Positions 60,064 to 64,000 of a DNA stretch of 64,000 bases are shown one piece after another. Position numbers and translations under genes: made by a program. This stretch comes from Macrostomum hystrix. Taxonomy: Eukaryota > Animalia > Platyhelminthes. The stretch is taken from assembly GCA_950097015.1 (NCBI GenBank), contig CATNEN010000024.1:6758001-6822000 (forward strand), written 5' to 3'. How positions within the stretch are numbered: the stretch's first letter is position 1; every line of letters begins with the position of its first letter. The notes beneath the pieces were generated by a model. That model did no database searches, had not been told where the DNA came from, and saw only the letters and a program-made list of their open reading frames with translations.

Positions 60064-60170
60064 ACCCATGCATTCCATGTCTCACTCACCCATCCACTCC
60101 ATGTCTCACTCACACACCCATTCCATTCCTCACTCACCAATGTATCTGAACTGCCCGTAAACATCTGCAG

Positions 60171-60499
60171 GCTTCATCGAGTACATCGTGGAGCCCTGCT
60201 TTCACACGCTGCTCCAGCTGCTGCAGAGCGTCAAGATCCTGCTCAGCCCGCGGAAGCCGGCCTCAGCTGACTCGCCAGCCGGGCTGAATGGCGACGACCC
60301 GGCCTCGAGTCGGCCGACCAACCCGACGCCGGATACGATGAGCCGGCTGCGCGAACTGCACGACTGGGACGTGCTGAGCATACTGTGCTCAAACAGGGAC
60401 CGGTGGCGCGACCTGGCCGAAGTGGAGAAACGCCGAATAGCCGCCATCGACGAAGTCGACGAAGAGGAAGATAAAGAGGCCGAGGAAGCTGAAGGCTGA
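60171..60499 (+). CDS. PDE1: PDE1 last coding exon (GFIEYIVEPCF...NRDRWR..., acidic tail)
   Basis: Acceptor tctgcag|GC completes the Gly of SQVGFI; stop TGA 60497-60499. Confidence 0.92.
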
Positions 60500-61521
60500 G
60501 CGGGGCGTCCCAGTTAACATGTCAGACAGGTAAAGCTGGTGAAACAGGTGTACTCAGCTCGATTTGAAACTTTCGGAATCGGACAAAAACATATTCTCTG
60601 ATAATTGTTGTCATTTATATTGGTATTTTTTTGTCTTGAATTAAATGTACTTTAAAAAAACTAACTAGCATACTCAGAAGAGTATGATCAACACAATCGG
60701 TTGGTGAGTGATGGAGAGTGAGGGATAGAAGGGATAATCGAGGGAGGCATGGAATGGATGGGAGAGTGAGGCATGGAATGCATGGGTGAGTAGGCATGGA
60801 ATGGCGTTATGGAAGGATGGGTCGATAGATAGCGAATTTGGGCCTTAGGAAAGTTAGTTAATTAAATGCTGTTAGAAATAAGAACTTTAATCTAGATGCA
60901 GGCAAGGTGCAAGATTAGTGCGCTAATGAAGGGACGCGAATAGGCAAAGCAGAGAATTTGGCATAGCTTTGATTAAGCTTAGATTCTCTTTTTTGAAAAT
61001 AGTCAGTCGACAACGTGACTATTTAAATACCATTCTGAAGAGAGTTAAACAACTTTTCATCTAAAACTATTACTTTTGTATATTAACTTAACTATATTAG
61101 TTAAACCAGACGCCTGTGCCCACGAACTGTTGATTTCTAGCACCAAAAATTTCTGTTAGCAACCTGTTTTTAAGTGATTCGGAGAGTGATAGAGTGACAA
61201 TACCAACTTCAGGATCCGAGACACCCTTTTCTCGTTTCATGTTATCTTTACCGTCCTAATCCAGATTGCAGACTCTACATGCTGAGCAATGGTCTGTAAA
61301 TTGATGTACTGTTAGGAGTACTACAACATAGGTTTAAGGGTTTGGCTGTGCTTCGCCTTAATCAATATTACGAACATATTTAAATACATCTCTTTTACAG
61401 CTGTCTTTACAAGCAGCAATTCTAATTGATTTTTCACTCTGTCTCGAATTTTAAAGTCTATAATTATGATCTAAGGCATCTAAATGATTGTCTTCTAAAG
61501 AAACTCTAGACAAGACTAGAC

Positions 61522-62200
61522 AAGGGGTCAGCAAACTCCGGCCCCGAGCCAGATTCGGACCCCGAAGCTCCCAAATCCGGCGCGTTGCCTCTAACGACAC
61601 CTGTAGTATCCTGTCTCATCTCTCCTCAGTCTAATCTCTTCCCTGTCTCATCTCTCCCGTGTCTTATCTATCCCGTGCCTCATCTATCCCGCGTCTCATC
61701 TCTCCCGTGTCTTATCCATACCCTGTCTCATCTCTCCCGTGTTTTATCTCTACCCTGTCTTATCTATCCCGTGTCTTATCTCTTCCGTGTCTTATCTCTC
61801 CCGTGTCTTATCTATCCCGTGTCTTATCTATCCCGTGTCTTATCTCTTCCGTGTCTTATCTCTCCCGTGTCTTATCTCTCCACTGTCTCATCTCTCTCCC
61901 GTCTTATCACTTCTGTCTCATCTCTCTCCCGTCTCATCACTTCTGTCTCATCTCTCCTTCGTCTCATCACTTCTGTCTCATCTCTCCACCGTCTCATCAC
62001 TTCTGTCTCATCTCTCCACCGTCTCATCACTCCTGTCTCATCTCTCCACCGTCTCATCAGTTCTGTCTCATCTCTTCCCTTTCTCATTTATCCCCCCGTC
62101 TCACCTCTCTTCTTTCTCATATTCCTACAGTTAATGCGGCCCAAATTCGTCTTTTAGGTTGTCTCCGTGGCCCGCGCGCTAATAAGTTTGCGGACCCCTG
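61522..62200. mobile_element. hAT MITE, copy 2 of the same family, with expanded CT-rich internal repeats
   Basis: Ends AAGGGGTCAGCAAACT / AGTTTGCGGACCCCTG. About 100 bp at each end align with copy 1. Flanks GACTAGAC / CTCTAGAC fit the NTCTAGAN target preference of Charlie-type hATs. Confidence 0.82.
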
Positions 62201-62544
62201 CTCTAGACGAAATTTTATTAAAAGATTAACAAAGAATGGTGTAAAACAACTGATTGCTAAGTAAATTTTTAAAAACAAAAATTATATCAACGTTTATAAA
62301 TGTAGTTAACGGTTCAGACGAAAAAAACCCTATCAATATATGATAGATACACTGTAGCACAGAAGTAAACTGAAAACACGAAACGAAACGGCAAAGTCGA
62401 AAAAATATAGATGACAAAAAAGTAATCATGAGTGATAAAAACTAGAAAACGCGTAAGATAGAGCAGTTTTAAACTGGAGTAAATATAAAAAGGCAAGGAA
62501 ACATTGAGCACAAAACCACAAGTGGGGTTATCCGCTTTACCCAG

Positions 62545-63225
62545 GGGCGTGACTAACAAACCCACACAAAGCGTGTGGCGGCTTGCAGCGGAAGCGGAAA
62601 TGTACATCAGTAGGAGGCAATCTATATTGGGGTGGTGGGGCTCTAAAAAAAGTTGGAGGCTTGACTAACAAACCCACACAAAGCGTGTGGCGGCTTGCAG
62701 AGGATGCGGAAATGTACATTAGTAGGAGGCAATCTATATTGGGGTGGTGGGGCTTTAAAAAAAGTTGGAGGCTTGACTAACAAACCCACACAAAGCGTGT
62801 GGCGGCTTGCAGAGGATGCGGAAATGTACATTAGTAGGAGGCAATCTATATTGGGGTGGTGGGGCTCTAAAAAGTTGGAGGCTTGACTAACAAACCCACA
62901 CAAAGCGTGTGGCGGCTTGCAGAGGATGCGGAAATGTACATTAGTAGGAGGCAATCTATATTGGGGTGGTGGGGCTCTAAAAAGTTGGAGGCTTGACTAA
63001 CAAACCCACACAAAGCGTGTGGCGGCTTGCAGAGGATGCGGAAATGTACATTAGTAGGAGGCAATCTATATTGGGGTGGTGGGGCTCTAAAAAGTTGGAG
63101 GCTTGACTAACAAACCCACACAAAGCGTGTGGCGGCTTGCAGAGGATGCGGAAATGTACATTAGTTGGAGGCGTGACTAACAAACCCAGAAAAGGCGTGC
63201 GATCATTGCAGGGGATGCGGAACGC
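62545..63225. repeat. Long-unit tandem repeat, 110-112 bp, 5 full plus partial copies
   Basis: GACTAACAAACC recurs at 62551, 62663, 62775, 62885, 62995, 63105 and 63175. Confidence 0.95.
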
Positions 63226-64000
63226 GAAATTTGTATAAAATCTAGACAAATCGAAAACAATGAAGGAGCCTTGATTGATGACGAAGTCGTGATTAGGCAG
63301 ATTTCAAACAGAAATTCTACGATCATTCCAGCTACTAATTAGCTCTAGAATCAATTTTGTAAAACCAACTTCAGATGGTATATTCGAACATTCAGATGGA
63401 AAATATACTAGGCCATATAAGAGCTATATTCATTTATTGTCACAACGTCAGAGGTTAAGGTAAGTCGAAACTATATTTTAAGCTTCTTATTTAAGTTTTT
63501 TTATTTCCTATATACCTAGGACAGAGAGCAACAAAGAGTCTTAGTGAGTCTTTGTCAAGCTGTAATTTTTTAAAACATTAGTTAAGATCAGCTAAAATAG
63601 TTATACATCAGCGAACACAGCAGAGAAAAAATGTTACAAGGAAACAAAACTGATAAACGGTATATGACGAAAATCATATAACTATGACCTAATGCACAAA
63701 GACTTACATAAAAAATCGAATGTCAGGAAAAGCAGTAAAAAGGAATTGCATTATCAGACACTTTTGAAAGCAGATAAAAATGCTTTGCCTATGAAGGCTA
63801 CAAAGAAGCAATGTTTGTGCTAATAAAAGTGGCTTTTGTCGGAAAAATAAGAAAAAAAGGTAGAAAAATGCTTCTTAAAAAGTAATATTGAGTCAACTTG
63901 TAACAAATAGCTACACTTACTGGAAAAAAATAGTTTTTTATTTAATAGAAATGAATAAGAAAATGCTCAGCTAGCTAGACATAGATATAAAATTAGGTAA

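Larger units (their letters stand above)
59510..60140. repeat. Minisatellite, 24-bp unit CCATTCCATGCCTCACTCACCCAC, interleaved with two fold-back elements (PDE1 intron 4)
   Basis: Tandem array; inverted copies at about 60744-60804. Confidence 0.9.

Overview
Eukaryotic (animal) genomic DNA, not prokaryotic. The GC-rich exons full of homopolymer codons and the minisatellite-packed introns resemble the flatworm Macrostomum; this is an inference only. Four protein-coding genes can be reconstructed by hand with GT-AG junctions and matching phases. (1) A minus-strand ZNF608/609 (brakeless/scribbler)-like gene with 3 exons visible, continuing off the left edge. (2) A minus-strand NOSTRIN-like F-BAR/HR1/SH3 gene, 6 exons, about 691 aa. 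(3) A single-exon plus-strand rhodopsin-class orphan peptide-type GPCR, 416 aa. (4) A plus-strand PDE1 Ca2+/calmodulin-dependent phosphodiesterase, 5 coding exons, about 580 aa, with catalytic motifs intact. Roughly 45% of the window (hand estimate) is about 30 mostly unrelated tandem arrays with units of 4-112 bp. Nearly every intron over 500 bp carries its own private array close to a splice site, and most long ORFs in the supplied track are read-throughs of these arrays. Mobile elements: a full-length ~590-bp tRNA-headed SINE with a 13-bp target-site duplication (TSD) inserted inside a PDE1 intronic satellite; two copies of a hAT (MER58-like termini) MITE whose interior is expanding into minisatellite and ends in a splice-acceptor-like motif; a duplicated 144-bp fold-back element; a decayed tRNA/SINE head; and a possible solo LTR. 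The most interesting themes are repeat arrays apparently seeded at, or mimicking, splice signals, and repeat/MITE geometry around the last PDE1 coding exon that predicts testable RNA-processing effects. No CRISPR, rRNA, intact tRNA or convincing ribozyme was found.
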